This document shows, one piece after another, positions 1-9,483 of a stretch of DNA of 48,919 bases. The DNA comes from a virus (lineage: Duplodnaviria > Caudoviricetes): IMG/VR virus record IMGVR_UViG_3300043406_000041, positions 1 to 48,919 of that record. One strand, 5' to 3'. A program made the translations under genes and the position numbers. How positions within the stretch are numbered: position 1 is the first letter of the stretch; the number at the start of each line of letters is the position of its first letter. Below the pieces are notes generated by a model, which made no database searches, had not been told where the DNA came from, and was given only the letters and a program-made list of their open reading frames with translations.

Positions 1-127
1 CTGGGCATCGCCGAGTCGCAGCTCACCTGAGGACTGACCGATGCTCCGTGACGCGCAATTGATGCTTTCGGACGCGCAGGCCGTCACCACGGCGGCGGCG
101 ACCGCAAGCACGAATTACCTGGATACC
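1..127 (+). repeat. 127-bp terminal direct repeat (copy 1), assembly overlap of a circular genome
   Basis: Identical to 48793-48919. It cuts through the capsid/Bbp16 junction, and 127 is a common assembler k-mer length. Confidence 0.95.
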
Positions 128-490
128 CAGATCGTCGCGCCCGGCGACCTTGCCAGCGGCGAGACGCTGTACGTGGTGGCTCGGTGTTCCACCACGGCGA
201 CGAGCGGCGGCTCGGCGACGGTGTTGATCTCGTTGCAGACGGACGACAACACCTCGTTCTCGTCCGCGACCACGATCTACCTCGGCACCGCCATCGCGGT
301 GGCGTCGGTGGTTGCCGGCTACACGTTCTGGAAGATCCGCCTGCCGTTCGGCTGCGAGCGCTACATTCGCGGGCTGATCACGGTGGGCGTGGCGGACCTG
401 ACGGCCGGGAAGTTCGATATTTTCCTGACCCGCAACGTCGACACCCTGCCCAGCACGCCGCTGCCGCGTGCCTCCTACTCGGTGGCCTAA
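41..490 (+). CDS. Bbp16-like capsid-associated (cement/decoration) protein
   Basis: Directly after the major capsid gene across the join. MLRDAQLMLSDAQAVT...STNYLD and RYIRG...TAGKFDIFL are typical of the Bbp16 family. Confidence 0.8.
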   Translation: MLRDAQLMLSDAQAVTTAAATASTNYLDTQIVAPGDLASGETLYVVARCSTTATSGGSATVLISLQTDDNTSFSSATTIYLGTAIAVASVVAGYTFWKIRLPFGCERYIRGLITVGVADLTAGKFDIFLTRNVDTLPSTPLPRASYSVA

Positions 491-493
491 GCC

Positions 494-820
494 ATGCCCA
501 GGTATCGCTGCGTCAAGCCGTTCCTCTTGCAGACCAAGGTGGACGGCAAGGCCGTCCCGCCGACGCTCTATCAGATCGGTGCCGAGGTGGAGTTTGACGG
601 GCTGCCGTCGAGCAACCTCGAGCCGCTGGACAAGGCGGGCGAGGAGATGCGGGGGAAAGCGGAGGCGGAGTTCGCGGCGCAGCGGCGCCGGGCCGTGCTC
701 AACGCGACCGACAGCACGCGCGCCATGTCGGAAGCGATCGCCGAGCAAATTTCCAGCGCCATCGCCGCGGCGCTTGGTGGCGGCACGATCAAGCCGGCGA
801 AGGCGCCGCGCGCCGAGTAA
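494..820 (+). CDS. Hypothetical virion protein
   Basis: 108-aa ORF tightly packed between the Bbp16-like gene and tail tubular A. Confidence 0.65.
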   Translation: MPRYRCVKPFLLQTKVDGKAVPPTLYQIGAEVEFDGLPSSNLEPLDKAGEEMRGKAEAEFAAQRRRAVLNATDSTRAMSEAIAEQISSAIAAALGGGTIKPAKAPRAE

Positions 821-838
821 TCCGCCAAGGGGCGACCG

Positions 839-1432
839 ATGGCCGAGCGGCTGCAGATATGGAATGCTGCTCTCGGCCACATAGGCGAGGGCTCCTTTCT
901 CACCAGCGAGAACGAGGACGGTAGCGCCGCGCTGAATTGCCGGCGCTACTATGCGTTGGCCCGTGACGCGATGCTGGCAGAGCACCCTTGGCGGTTCGCC
1001 GAGCGGACGGAGCGGCTGGCCGGCTACGGCACGGTGCCTGACGGATGGGGCTACGCCTACAGGGCACCGGCGGCGGCGATCACCATCCGGCGCGTCATGC
1101 AGGACGGCCACAGCACGCCGATCCCCTGGGCGCTCAGCGGCATCACGGATGCCGAGCTGGGCGAGACGACGCTGATCCTCACCAATCAGATCCTGGCTAC
1201 CGTGCTGTTCACGCGACGTGTCGAGAACGAGGCGATCTTCCCGCCGCTGTTCGCCGAGGCCCTTGCGTGGCGGCTGGCCTGGGCCATTGCGGTGCCGCTC
1301 AGCAAGGAGCCGCGCGTGCGGACGGAGTGCTGGGGGCAATACCTGTTCTGGCTCAGCAAGGCCGCCGCTGCGGACCAGAACCACGTCTATGAGACCCCGC
1401 CCCTGGGTGCGCTGCTCATGGCGCGCGAATGA
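839..1432 (+). CDS. Tail tubular protein A (head-tail adaptor)
   Basis: IWNAALGHIG, HPWRFA, W.YAY..P and F.PLFAEALAWRLA motifs of T7 gp11/P22 gp4-like adaptors; synteny. Confidence 0.85.
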   Translation: MAERLQIWNAALGHIGEGSFLTSENEDGSAALNCRRYYALARDAMLAEHPWRFAERTERLAGYGTVPDGWGYAYRAPAAAITIRRVMQDGHSTPIPWALSGITDAELGETTLILTNQILATVLFTRRVENEAIFPPLFAEALAWRLAWAIAVPLSKEPRVRTECWGQYLFWLSKAAAADQNHVYETPPLGALLMARE

Positions 1433-4400
1433 TGCTCAGCCAGCAATCCAGCTTGGCCAGCGGCGAGCTTACCCCTGCGGTGCATGGGCGCACGGATCTG
1501 GAGCAGTACCTGCGCGGCGTGTCCCTGGCGGACAACTGTTTCGTGTCCGTCTATGGCGGGCTGCTGAACCGGGCCGGGACGCATTTCATCCTCGAGAGCG
1601 AGACGGCCGGCACGCGGCTGGTGCCGTTTCAGCTCTCGGAGGAGCTGGGCTTCGCGCTGGAGTTTGGCGACGCCCGGATGCGGTTCTTCGCGCGCGGCGC
1701 GCCGCTGGTGGTGCAGCCGACCGATGCCGCGGTCAGCGCCACGGTCGGGGCCTCGGCGGGCCAATGGAACAACATCTCGACCGGCACGGCGTCGATCAGT
1801 GCGGGTGCCGCGCTGCGCCAGATACCGGACGGCGAAGGCACCATCATCGGCAGCCTGACGGCGGGCGCCGGGCTCGCCACTGCGTTCGACGGCGACACCA
1901 CGGCGATCTCGGCGTCGTGCGCGCGTGCGATCAGCTATGCCGGCAACGCGGGCAAGGATTGGGGGCCGGCGGGCGCCCGAGTTATCGTCGGGTTCATCCT
2001 CTACGGCTCGTCGAATGTCGGCCTGACCAACCGCCGGCAGACGGTGCAGGTCCGCCTGGAGGGCAGCAACAGCAACTTCGCCACGGATATCATCCTGTTG
2101 GGCTCTTGGCCGGTGGCGGACGGGCCGGGCGTCAAGGTTGCGCGCTTCGCTCCGGCGAACGCGATCAGGACCACGACGGCCTATCGCTACCACCGGGTCA
2201 AGGTGGTCGGCGCCGCGAGCGGGCCGGTTGGCTCGGGTGACGATGTGGTCAACGTGGCCGAGGTGCAGCTGTTCGAGATGTCGGCGGCAGCATCCGGCAG
2301 GCTCACCCTCAACGGCACGCCGTTCAGCCGCGCCCATGCCCAGCAGGCGGTGACGACGGGCTATCCCGGCCGCGAGCATGTGGTGACCTGTCGGGTGCCG
2401 GACGGGTCCGGCTGCAACATCCAGGTCGGCGGCAGCAGCGGGCTGGACAACGTGCTGGCCGCGCGAGCACTGGAGGCCGGCTGGCACACGGTCGCCTTCA
2501 CGCCGGGGGCCTCGCCGTTCTATCTCCAGTTCTGGACCTCGGAGGCTTCCGCCAATCACATCGAGAGCGCCGCCATGCTCGGCAGTGGCGCGAGCGTGCC
2601 GACGCCGATGGTAATCGGGCAGCCCTTCCGGGTCGATGACCTCGCGGCCGTGACCTGGACGCAGGACGCCAACAGCCTGTCGCTGTTCCACCCCGGCCAC
2701 CCGCCGGTTGAGCTGCGCTCGGGCGAGGATGCGCTGAGCTGGTCGCTGCTGATCCGGCGTGCTGCCCCGGCGGTGGATGCGCCATCGGCGGCGGTGCTGT
2801 CACTGGCCAAGCTGGGCAGCGGCACCGCGACCACGGCTCACCGCTACGTGGTGACGTACATCGCGCTCAACGGCGAGGAGAGCCTGCCCAGCGCGCCGCT
2901 CGACTTGCAGGGCGTGTCGCCGCTCACGACCACCAACTACATGCGGATCACGATCGCGCAGCCGCTCCCGGACGGCATCGTGGCCTGTCAGGTCTACAAG
3001 CAGGCGGGCGGCATCTACGGCCAGATGGGAATCTGCGTCGGCCAGTTTGACGACACGGGCGACACGCCCAAGGCCGACCAACCGGCGCCGGTGGCGCGCA
3101 CGCCGTTCGACGGACCCGGCAACTACCCGGCCTGCGGCACCTATTGGGAGCAGCGGCTGGCGGTCGCCGGCAGCGTCAACGCACCCGAGACGGTTGAGAC
3201 CAGCAAGCCGGGACTGACCAACAATTTCGGCCGCAGCTCGCCGGCGAAGGCCGACGACGCGATCACCTTCACGCCGGCCGGGCCGCAGGTGCGCCAGATC
3301 AAGCACCTGCTGGCCGGCTCGAGTCTCGCGATCTTCTCGGCGGGGTCCGTGCTGATCGCGCGCCGCGGCGAGAGTGCGTTGACCCCGGCGCTGGAGGGTG
3401 GCGTCCAGCGGGCGCTGGCGTGCGGCATCGCGGACGTGCGCCCGCTGGCGATCGACCGGGGCATGGCGTTCGTGAGCGCCGGTGGCGGGTCGGTCCGGCT
3501 GCTGGACGCGGAGTACAAGGAAAGCGACGTCTCGCTGCTGGCGGAGCATCTGTTCCGAGGCCGCAAGGTGGTTGATTGGGGCTATTGCGAGTTGCCGTGG
3601 TCGCTGCTGTGGCTCGCGATGAGCGACGGGCAACTGGTGACGCTGGCGCTCTTGCAGGGGCAGGGCATCGCCGGCTGGTCGCGCGGGCAGACGGCCGGCG
3701 AGGTGCATTGGCTGTGCCCGGTGCGCGAGGAAGGCGAGGACCGGCTTTACATGCGCTGCCGCCGCTGGCTGCGCGGCGCGTGGCGCTACACCGTCGAGCG
3801 GATGGCGACCCGTGTCGTGCCGACGATCAAGGATGCGTACTTCCTGGACTGCGGCGGCACGTACGACGCGCCAGCGACGATCACGGACATTGGCCTGGCC
3901 AGTCCCGGCACGCTGCGCGCGTCCCTCGATCTGGGGACCGGCGACCTGTTCGATCTCGACGGCACGGGTCTCGCGGCGCTGGACGGCAAGCGGTTCAAGG
4001 TGACATCGGCCAGCGACGGGCTGATGACCGTGGGCAACCGCTACAGCGGCGAGGAAGTGGACTGGTCCGGCCTGCCGCCGTGGCGCGGCTCCGGGGTGGC
4101 GCGCAAATGTGTGTCCGTCCTGTCGGGCCTCGATCACCTGGAGGGCGAGGCGGTGCGGGTCCTCAACGACGGCTCGACGGAAGGGCCATATGTCGTCACC
4201 GACGGCAGCATTGCGCTGGCACGACCGGGTTCCCGAGTGCATTACGGCCTGCCGTTCCGCTCGCGGGTGACGACCTTGGACATCGCTGAAGGTGCCGAGG
4301 GCTTCGGGCGGTACAAGCGCGTGATGGCGGTGCAGGCGCTGGTGCGCGAGACGCGCGGCCTGCGGATGGGGCCGGATTTCGAGCACCTGGAGGGCATGAA

Positions 4401-4569
4401 GCAGCGCACGATCGAGCCGTGGCTGGACCCGACCGCTGCCTATACCGGATGGCTGCAGCAGCCGGTGCAGGCGCGCTGGGGCCTGGGCGGCCGCATCTGC
4501 ATCGAGCAGAGCGAGCCGCTGCCGATGGAGCTGGCGTGCTTGCTGCCGACATTCGAGCGGGGAGGATGA
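1429..4569 (+). CDS. Tail tubular protein B (nozzle) with inserted carbohydrate-binding-like domains
   Basis: N-terminal SLASGELTP...GRTD, RLVPFQ...LEFG; central YP...TYWEQRL; C-terminal FLDCG, SGLDHLEG and PLPM. ATGA overlap with the previous gene. Confidence 0.88.
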   Translation: MMLSQQSSLASGELTPAVHGRTDLEQYLRGVSLADNCFVSVYGGLLNRAGTHFILESETAGTRLVPFQLSEELGFALEFGDARMRFFARGAPLVVQPTDAAVSATVGASAGQWNNISTGTASISAGAALRQIPDGEGTIIGSLTAGAGLATAFDGDTTAISASCARAISYAGNAGKDWGPAGARVIVGFILYGSSNVGLTNRRQTVQVRLEGSNSNFATDIILLGSWPVADGPGVKVARFAPANAIRTTTAYRYHRVKVVGAASGPVGSGDDVVNVAEVQLFEMSAAASGRLTLNGTPFSRAHAQQAVTTGYPGREHVVTCRVPDGSGCNIQVGGSSGLDNVLAARALEAGWHTVAFTPGASPFYLQFWTSEASANHIESAAMLGSGASVPTPMVIGQPFRVDDLAAVTWTQDANSLSLFHPGHPPVELRSGEDALSWSLLIRRAAPAVDAPSAAVLSLAKLGSGTATTAHRYVVTYIALNGEESLPSAPLDLQGVSPLTTTNYMRITIAQPLPDGIVACQVYKQAGGIYGQMGICVGQFDDTGDTPKADQPAPVARTPFDGPGNYPACGTYWEQRLAVAGSVNAPETVETSKPGLTNNFGRSSPAKADDAITFTPAGPQVRQIKHLLAGSSLAIFSAGSVLIARRGESALTPALEGGVQRALACGIADVRPLAIDRGMAFVSAGGGSVRLLDAEYKESDVSLLAEHLFRGRKVVDWGYCELPWSLLWLAMSDGQLVTLALLQGQGIAGWSRGQTAGEVHWLCPVREEGEDRLYMRCRRWLRGAWRYTVERMATRVVPTIKDAYFLDCGGTYDAPATITDIGLASPGTLRASLDLGTGDLFDLDGTGLAALDGKRFKVTSASDGLMTVGNRYSGEEVDWSGLPPWRGSGVARKCVSVLSGLDHLEGEAVRVLNDGSTEGPYVVTDGSIALARPGSRVHYGLPFRSRVTTLDIAEGAEGFGRYKRVMAVQALVRETRGLRMGPDFEHLEGMKQRTIEPWLDPTAAYTGWLQQPVQARWGLGGRICIEQSEPLPMELACLLPTFERGG

Positions 4570-4570
4570 G

Positions 4571-5341
4571 ATGGGTTTCGGTCTAGGCGGCTTTGCTGCC
4601 ATCGCAGGCATCTCCGGCCTGGTCGGCGCCGCCGGCTCGGCCGCTGCCGCCAGGCAGCAGCAGGAAGCGATCAAGGCGACGGCCAAGGCGCAGCAGGAGC
4701 TGATCCGCGCCGAGACCACGGCTGGGCTGGCGAACCTCGCGGCGGACAGTGTGGCCCAGCAATCCGTCATCCGCACGGACGCCTTGGCCCGAATCCAGGC
4801 ATCCATCTACGAGGCCGATACCGAGCGCCAGAACGTCGAGTTCGCCGGCATCCAGAGCCGCGACGCGCTGCTGCGGGGCGGCCTGGACACCTTCAGCTTC
4901 CGGCGCGAGGCGTCGGTGGCGCAGGGCCGGCTGCGGGCGAGCGCTGCGAGCTCGGGCGTCGACATCAACTCGGGCTCGGCGGCGCTCCTGCAGGAGGAGA
5001 TGGCTGTCGCGACCGATCTGGACGCGCTCTCGATCCGGCAGAATGCCCAGCGCGAGGCCTATGGCTACGACGTGGAGGGCTACGGGGCCGGGCGCAGGCG
5101 CTCGCTGGCCGAGATGGAGGCGGCGAGCACGGCCAAGGTGGCGAACGCCAACATCCAGGGCATCCGGGACGTGAGCGCGATCCGGGCGAAGGGCATCAAG
5201 GACGTGGCGAAGCAGAACATCAAGGGGATCGGCGATGCCGCGAAGAAGGGCGGCGGCTTCAGCCCGGCTGGCGCTGCGGCCCTGTCGCTGGCCGGCTCGG
5301 CGACGAATTTCGCCTCCGCCTGGTACATGAGCGGCAGATAG
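4571..5341 (+). CDS. Internal virion (ejection) protein, T7 gp14-like
   Basis: Hydrophobic Gly/Ala N-terminus, ASSGVDINSGSA motif and Ala-rich coiled coil; position after the nozzle. Confidence 0.7.
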   Translation: MGFGLGGFAAIAGISGLVGAAGSAAAARQQQEAIKATAKAQQELIRAETTAGLANLAADSVAQQSVIRTDALARIQASIYEADTERQNVEFAGIQSRDALLRGGLDTFSFRREASVAQGRLRASAASSGVDINSGSAALLQEEMAVATDLDALSIRQNAQREAYGYDVEGYGAGRRRSLAEMEAASTAKVANANIQGIRDVSAIRAKGIKDVAKQNIKGIGDAAKKGGGFSPAGAAALSLAGSATNFASAWYMSGR

Positions 5342-5342
5342 T

Positions 5343-5564
5343 ATGCCCACCGTCCCCCGCGTCTCACCGAAAGCAGATGGCGCCCCGCCGGCCGCACAGG
5401 CGCCGCCGCCGCGCGATCCGCCCGAGGTGAAGGCCAAGCGCACCGACGCCCTGGCCCGGCTCTTGGTGGCGACGCGCGAGCTGCCGGCAGCCGAGCGCGT
5501 CGCGCGCCAGATGCAGGTGCTGGCCGACCCCGCCGCATGGGACAAAGACGCATGGCTCGACTGA
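5343..5564 (+). CDS. Small hypothetical protein (MPTVP...)
   Basis: 73-aa ORF starting 1 nt after the previous stop and overlapping the next start. Confidence 0.5.
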   Translation: MPTVPRVSPKADGAPPAAQAPPPRDPPEVKAKRTDALARLLVATRELPAAERVARQMQVLADPAAWDKDAWLD

Positions 5565-7684
5565 ACCCGCTGCGGCTGCCGACGTTGGATGGCCGGGCCT
5601 CGCCGCGGGCGTTCGGCGCCGGCCGGTCGATCGAGAGTTTCGGCGGTGGGGCAGGGGTGGAAGCCTACGGCGGCGGCCGGAACGTGGAGTCGTTCGGCGC
5701 CTACAAGCCGGACATGGCCGGGCCGGAAGCGCTGGTGCAGCTCGGCCAGCTCGGCGCGCAGATAGCCGACACCGTGCTGCGCGTGAACCGCCAAGACGAC
5801 ATCATCGAGGCGAACGGCAAGGTCAACCAGTTCCGCCTCGACCGCACCCAATGGCTCAACGGGCTCAAGGAGCACGCGCCGGAGAATCCGGTCGATTTCA
5901 CCAAGTCGGCCATGGACGAATACGACACATGGCAGAAGCAGCAGGTCGACGGCCTGTCGGGCGTCCAGCGCGAGATCGTCGAGACGCGGCTCTCGGAGCT
6001 GAAAGTCAGCCTCTACAACGAGGCGGACGGGTTCGAGCAGCAGTCGCGGACGCGCTACCGGGTCGGCAAGGTCAAGGGCGACGTGGAAGCGGCGCTCAAT
6101 GTCGTCGCCACCCGGCCCGACATGTACGGGGCGGTGCTGCAGGACCAGCTCGATGCGATCGAGGCGTCGGGCCTGCCGGCGACGGCCAAAGGCGAGCTGA
6201 CGGCCACCACGCGCGCGGCGGTGGCGCAGGCGCACTGGCAGGGGATGCTCGGTCAGGATCTCGACGGCACCGTGGCCGCACTTAAGCAGGACGGGGATAT
6301 TCCCGATCTGGAGTACAGCGACCGGCTGCGCCTGGTGTCGGCCGGCGAGGTCGATATCCGGGCGCGGGACGCGGAAGCACGGCAGAGGCAGGCGCAGGCG
6401 GAAGCCAGGGCTCGCGCGGCGCAGCAGGACCGCCTGGAGGGCTTGCGCTTCCAGGTCGGCAACGCGGTCGACGCCTTGCAGGCCGGGCTGCCGGTGGCAG
6501 GGCTGGGCGACCTGCGAAAGGCGGTGCTGGCGGAAGGCGAGAGGGGCGCGAACCTGCAGCAGGCGCTGACTGGCGCCGTGGCCACGGCGGAATATGCCAG
6601 CCAGTTCGCGCTGTTGCCGGTTGAGGATCAGGCGGCTCAGCTCGAGGCGCTGCGCTCGACGCCACAGGACCCGTCCAACCCCGTGCCGATGATGCAGTTG
6701 CAGGCGGCGAGCAAGGTGCTGCAGGCGACGGTCTCGGCGGTGAAGGACGGGCGCGGGCTGGAGCGCGCGGCGCAGCTCGGCATCGTCGATCTGGAGCCGG
6801 TTGATTTCACGGACCCGGCCAGCATCGCCGGCCGGGTGTCGGCCTCGCGCATGGCGTCGGCGCACATGGGCGTGCCGACCGAGATGTTCACGCCGGAGGA
6901 GCGGGCCGGCGTGGCGTCGCGGCTTGCCGCGATGCCGGGTGAGGAGCGGGCGGCCTATCTCGCCAAGCTGCAGGAGGCCTCGGGCGAGGAATACCCGGAC
7001 GTGATCCGCGAGCTGAGCCGCAAGGGCGGGCTCGACCGGGGGTCGAAGTACCTTGCCGTGCTGTCGGGCCGGCCGGAAACGGCTGCGGTGGCCAACGCGA
7101 TCGGCGAGGCCGCGGAGACCGACGACAAGGACCTGAAGGTGAACCTCGCGCGGCAAGGCGTCTCGCAGGGCGATCTGGACACGGCCGTCTCGACGCGGCT
7201 CGACGCATGGTCGGCCACGGTCGGCGGCTCCTACCGGCAGGGCAGCGGCGCCGGCGGGGCGCAGGCCATGCTCACCGACGTTACCGACATGGTGACCAAA
7301 TCGGCCCTGGTGCTGATGCGGACCATGCCGATGGAGCAGGCGGTGCAGCAGGCCGCCGACGCGATCATCAACGACCGCTACGAATTCCGCGACACGTACC
7401 GCATTCCTCGGCCGGCGCGGGGTGGCGACGAGTTCGTGAAGGACGTGGACCGCAAGATCGAGACGCGGGTGCGCAACCTGACGTCGGAGATGCTTGATCC
7501 GCGCGGCAGCCTCGAAGGCGTGAGCGAGCAGGCGCGGCGCGCCGCCTACCTCCAGAACGTCCGCACCTACGGTACCTGGGGCAACCTGCCCGATGAGAGC
7601 GGCCTGTTCCTGATGGACGAGCAGGGCAACGCGGTGACCTCTGGCGGTAAGCCAATCATCGTGCCGTTCAAGCGGGGCGACTGA
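5552..7684 (+). CDS. Internal virion protein (DNA ejection)
   Basis: About 710-aa helical ORF in the ejection-protein cluster. Start placed at ATG 5552 (MARLNPL). Confidence 0.7.
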   Translation: MARLNPLRLPTLDGRASPRAFGAGRSIESFGGGAGVEAYGGGRNVESFGAYKPDMAGPEALVQLGQLGAQIADTVLRVNRQDDIIEANGKVNQFRLDRTQWLNGLKEHAPENPVDFTKSAMDEYDTWQKQQVDGLSGVQREIVETRLSELKVSLYNEADGFEQQSRTRYRVGKVKGDVEAALNVVATRPDMYGAVLQDQLDAIEASGLPATAKGELTATTRAAVAQAHWQGMLGQDLDGTVAALKQDGDIPDLEYSDRLRLVSAGEVDIRARDAEARQRQAQAEARARAAQQDRLEGLRFQVGNAVDALQAGLPVAGLGDLRKAVLAEGERGANLQQALTGAVATAEYASQFALLPVEDQAAQLEALRSTPQDPSNPVPMMQLQAASKVLQATVSAVKDGRGLERAAQLGIVDLEPVDFTDPASIAGRVSASRMASAHMGVPTEMFTPEERAGVASRLAAMPGEERAAYLAKLQEASGEEYPDVIRELSRKGGLDRGSKYLAVLSGRPETAAVANAIGEAAETDDKDLKVNLARQGVSQGDLDTAVSTRLDAWSATVGGSYRQGSGAGGAQAMLTDVTDMVTKSALVLMRTMPMEQAVQQAADAIINDRYEFRDTYRIPRPARGGDEFVKDVDRKIETRVRNLTSEMLDPRGSLEGVSEQARRAAYLQNVRTYGTWGNLPDESGLFLMDEQGNAVTSGGKPIIVPFKRGD

Positions 7685-9483
7685 TGGCTGCGGGCACCTG
7701 GGCGCCGCTTGTCGGGCCTGAGCGCTACGATAGCGAGGAGCTGCGCCGCACCGGCCACGAGCTGCTGTCGTCGTCCTTCCTGGACAGCCTGGGCGCCGGC
7801 ATCGCCAGCGACCTTGCCGACTACAGCCCGATGGGCGCGCTGTTCCGCATGGGCGAGATGTCCGACGCGCTCGGGCAGACGCCGCGGGTCTACGGCAAGG
7901 GCGCCATCATGCCGGCGCCGAAGCGGACGCCGGTCACGGCGGAAGACTGGAAGGGATCGCCCGACTACCGGCCCGGCCTGACCTATTTCGACGGCATGAC
8001 CTCGGAGGCGGCGAAGCTGCTGGCCGAGCGGTTCGACACGCGCGAGCGCCGCACCGACACCATGAACCGCGACCCCAGCGGGGCGGTCCTCACCGGCGTC
8101 CAGTACGCGGCCCGGTTCGCGGCACAGATGGCCGATCCGATCAACGTAGCGAGCGCTTTTATTCCGGTGGTGGGCGAGGTGCGGGCGGCACGGCTGGCGG
8201 CGCAGCTGGGCAAGTTCGGCGGGCGGGCAGTGACGGGTGCGATCGAGGGCACCGTCGGCGCGGCACTGCTGGAGCCGCTGATCTACTCGGCGGCCAAGCA
8301 GGACCAACTCGACTACTCGATGGCCGACAGCCTCGCGAACGTCGGTATGGGCGGTCTGTTCGGTGGGGCGCTGCACGCTGGCTTCGGCGCGATCGGCGAC
8401 GTGATCCGCGCCCGCGGGCCGCAAACACATGTTGCGGCCATGGACACGGCGCTGGTGCAGGCGGCGGCCGGGCGGGAGATCGACGTTGCGCCGGTGCTGC
8501 GGGCGGCGGACGGGCTCGGCGAGCGGCGAAATGAGTTAGGCGGAAATGCCGCCGAAAATAATATCTCGGTTGACAGGCTCGGCGAAGCGACGCCGCAGGG
8601 GCGCGACACTCCTGGGCGCTCCGCCTCTGCCGACCTTCTGGCCAAGGACCGCGAGACGATCCGCAAGGGCCGCGAGGGGGACATGCTCCGGCCGCAGAAG
8701 CCGGACGACATGCGCAGGCAGGCTCTGGCCGATCTAGAGGCAGAGTTCCCGTCGCGCCAGATCACCCTGCCCAGCGGCGGCAAGGTGACCCGCAAAGGCC
8801 CGATGGATCTGGTCACCTTCCTGCGCGCGATCGGCGGCATCGCGCCGGACGCAGGCGGCGAGATCAAGGCCATTGACGCCCACCTCTACAACAAGAGCCG
8901 CGAGCTGCCGTTCGCCAAGGGCGAGCAGTTCCTGGGGCGCTTGGTGCATGACAGGGGGCTGCCGCTAGAGGTGGCAGCCGAGCGAGCGCGCGACGCCGGC
9001 TTTCTCGGCGACCGACAGACCAGCACCAACGAATACGGCGAGGTGTCGCACGGATGGACCGGCGGGCCGGCTGAGCTGATAGCTGCGCTCGACAAGAACC
9101 TGCGCGCTACGGGCGTTACGGATCGGGTTTGGGGTCCAGACGTACAGGACCGAATCGACGAGTACGCGAGCACCATGCGCGCGATCGACGATCAGGAGCA
9201 TTTCGGCCAGCGGGAGCCAGAAGATTGGATCGACCTGGACAACGACCCTGACGCGGACAGCGGCGAGGCATTCGACGCCGACCATGCGGCAGAGCTGGAA
9301 GGCACGGACGATCCCGAGGCCCTGTGGCAGGATGCCGAGGAGCGTCTGGCCGCGAGCGAGGGGCGCAAGCCGGGCACTGGCATTGAGCCCAAGCCTACCC
9401 CTGAGCAGGAGCTGGCGCAACTGACGCAGCGGATCGACCAGGGCATGCAGGCGGCGGCCGCCTGCATCGCGAGGGCGCTATGA
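7684..9483 (+). CDS. Internal virion protein with Gly/Ala membrane-like segment
   Basis: DP.N.ASAFIP and GGLFGGALHAGFG segments typical of podophage ejection proteins; TGATG coupling. Confidence 0.7.
   Translation: MAAGTWAPLVGPERYDSEELRRTGHELLSSSFLDSLGAGIASDLADYSPMGALFRMGEMSDALGQTPRVYGKGAIMPAPKRTPVTAEDWKGSPDYRPGLTYFDGMTSEAAKLLAERFDTRERRTDTMNRDPSGAVLTGVQYAARFAAQMADPINVASAFIPVVGEVRAARLAAQLGKFGGRAVTGAIEGTVGAALLEPLIYSAAKQDQLDYSMADSLANVGMGGLFGGALHAGFGAIGDVIRARGPQTHVAAMDTALVQAAAGREIDVAPVLRAADGLGERRNELGGNAAENNISVDRLGEATPQGRDTPGRSASADLLAKDRETIRKGREGDMLRPQKPDDMRRQALADLEAEFPSRQITLPSGGKVTRKGPMDLVTFLRAIGGIAPDAGGEIKAIDAHLYNKSRELPFAKGEQFLGRLVHDRGLPLEVAAERARDAGFLGDRQTSTNEYGEVSHGWTGGPAELIAALDKNLRATGVTDRVWGPDVQDRIDEYASTMRAIDDQEHFGQREPEDWIDLDNDPDADSGEAFDADHAAELEGTDDPEALWQDAEERLAASEGRKPGTGIEPKPTPEQELAQLTQRIDQGMQAAAACIARAL

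Noticed and set aside
1-127. Biological terminal repeat
   Set aside because: It is exactly 127 bp and cuts through coding sequence, which fits assembler circularisation overlap.
4583-7156. Long antisense and alternate-frame ORFs (e.g. 4583-7156, 2800-4806, 15089-17083, 43523-45670, 42173-43780)
   Set aside because: These are shadow ORFs expected in high-GC DNA: Arg/Pro/Ala-rich, motif-less and overlapping well-supported genes. The nested MTase beta frame differs in having an RBS and motif IX.
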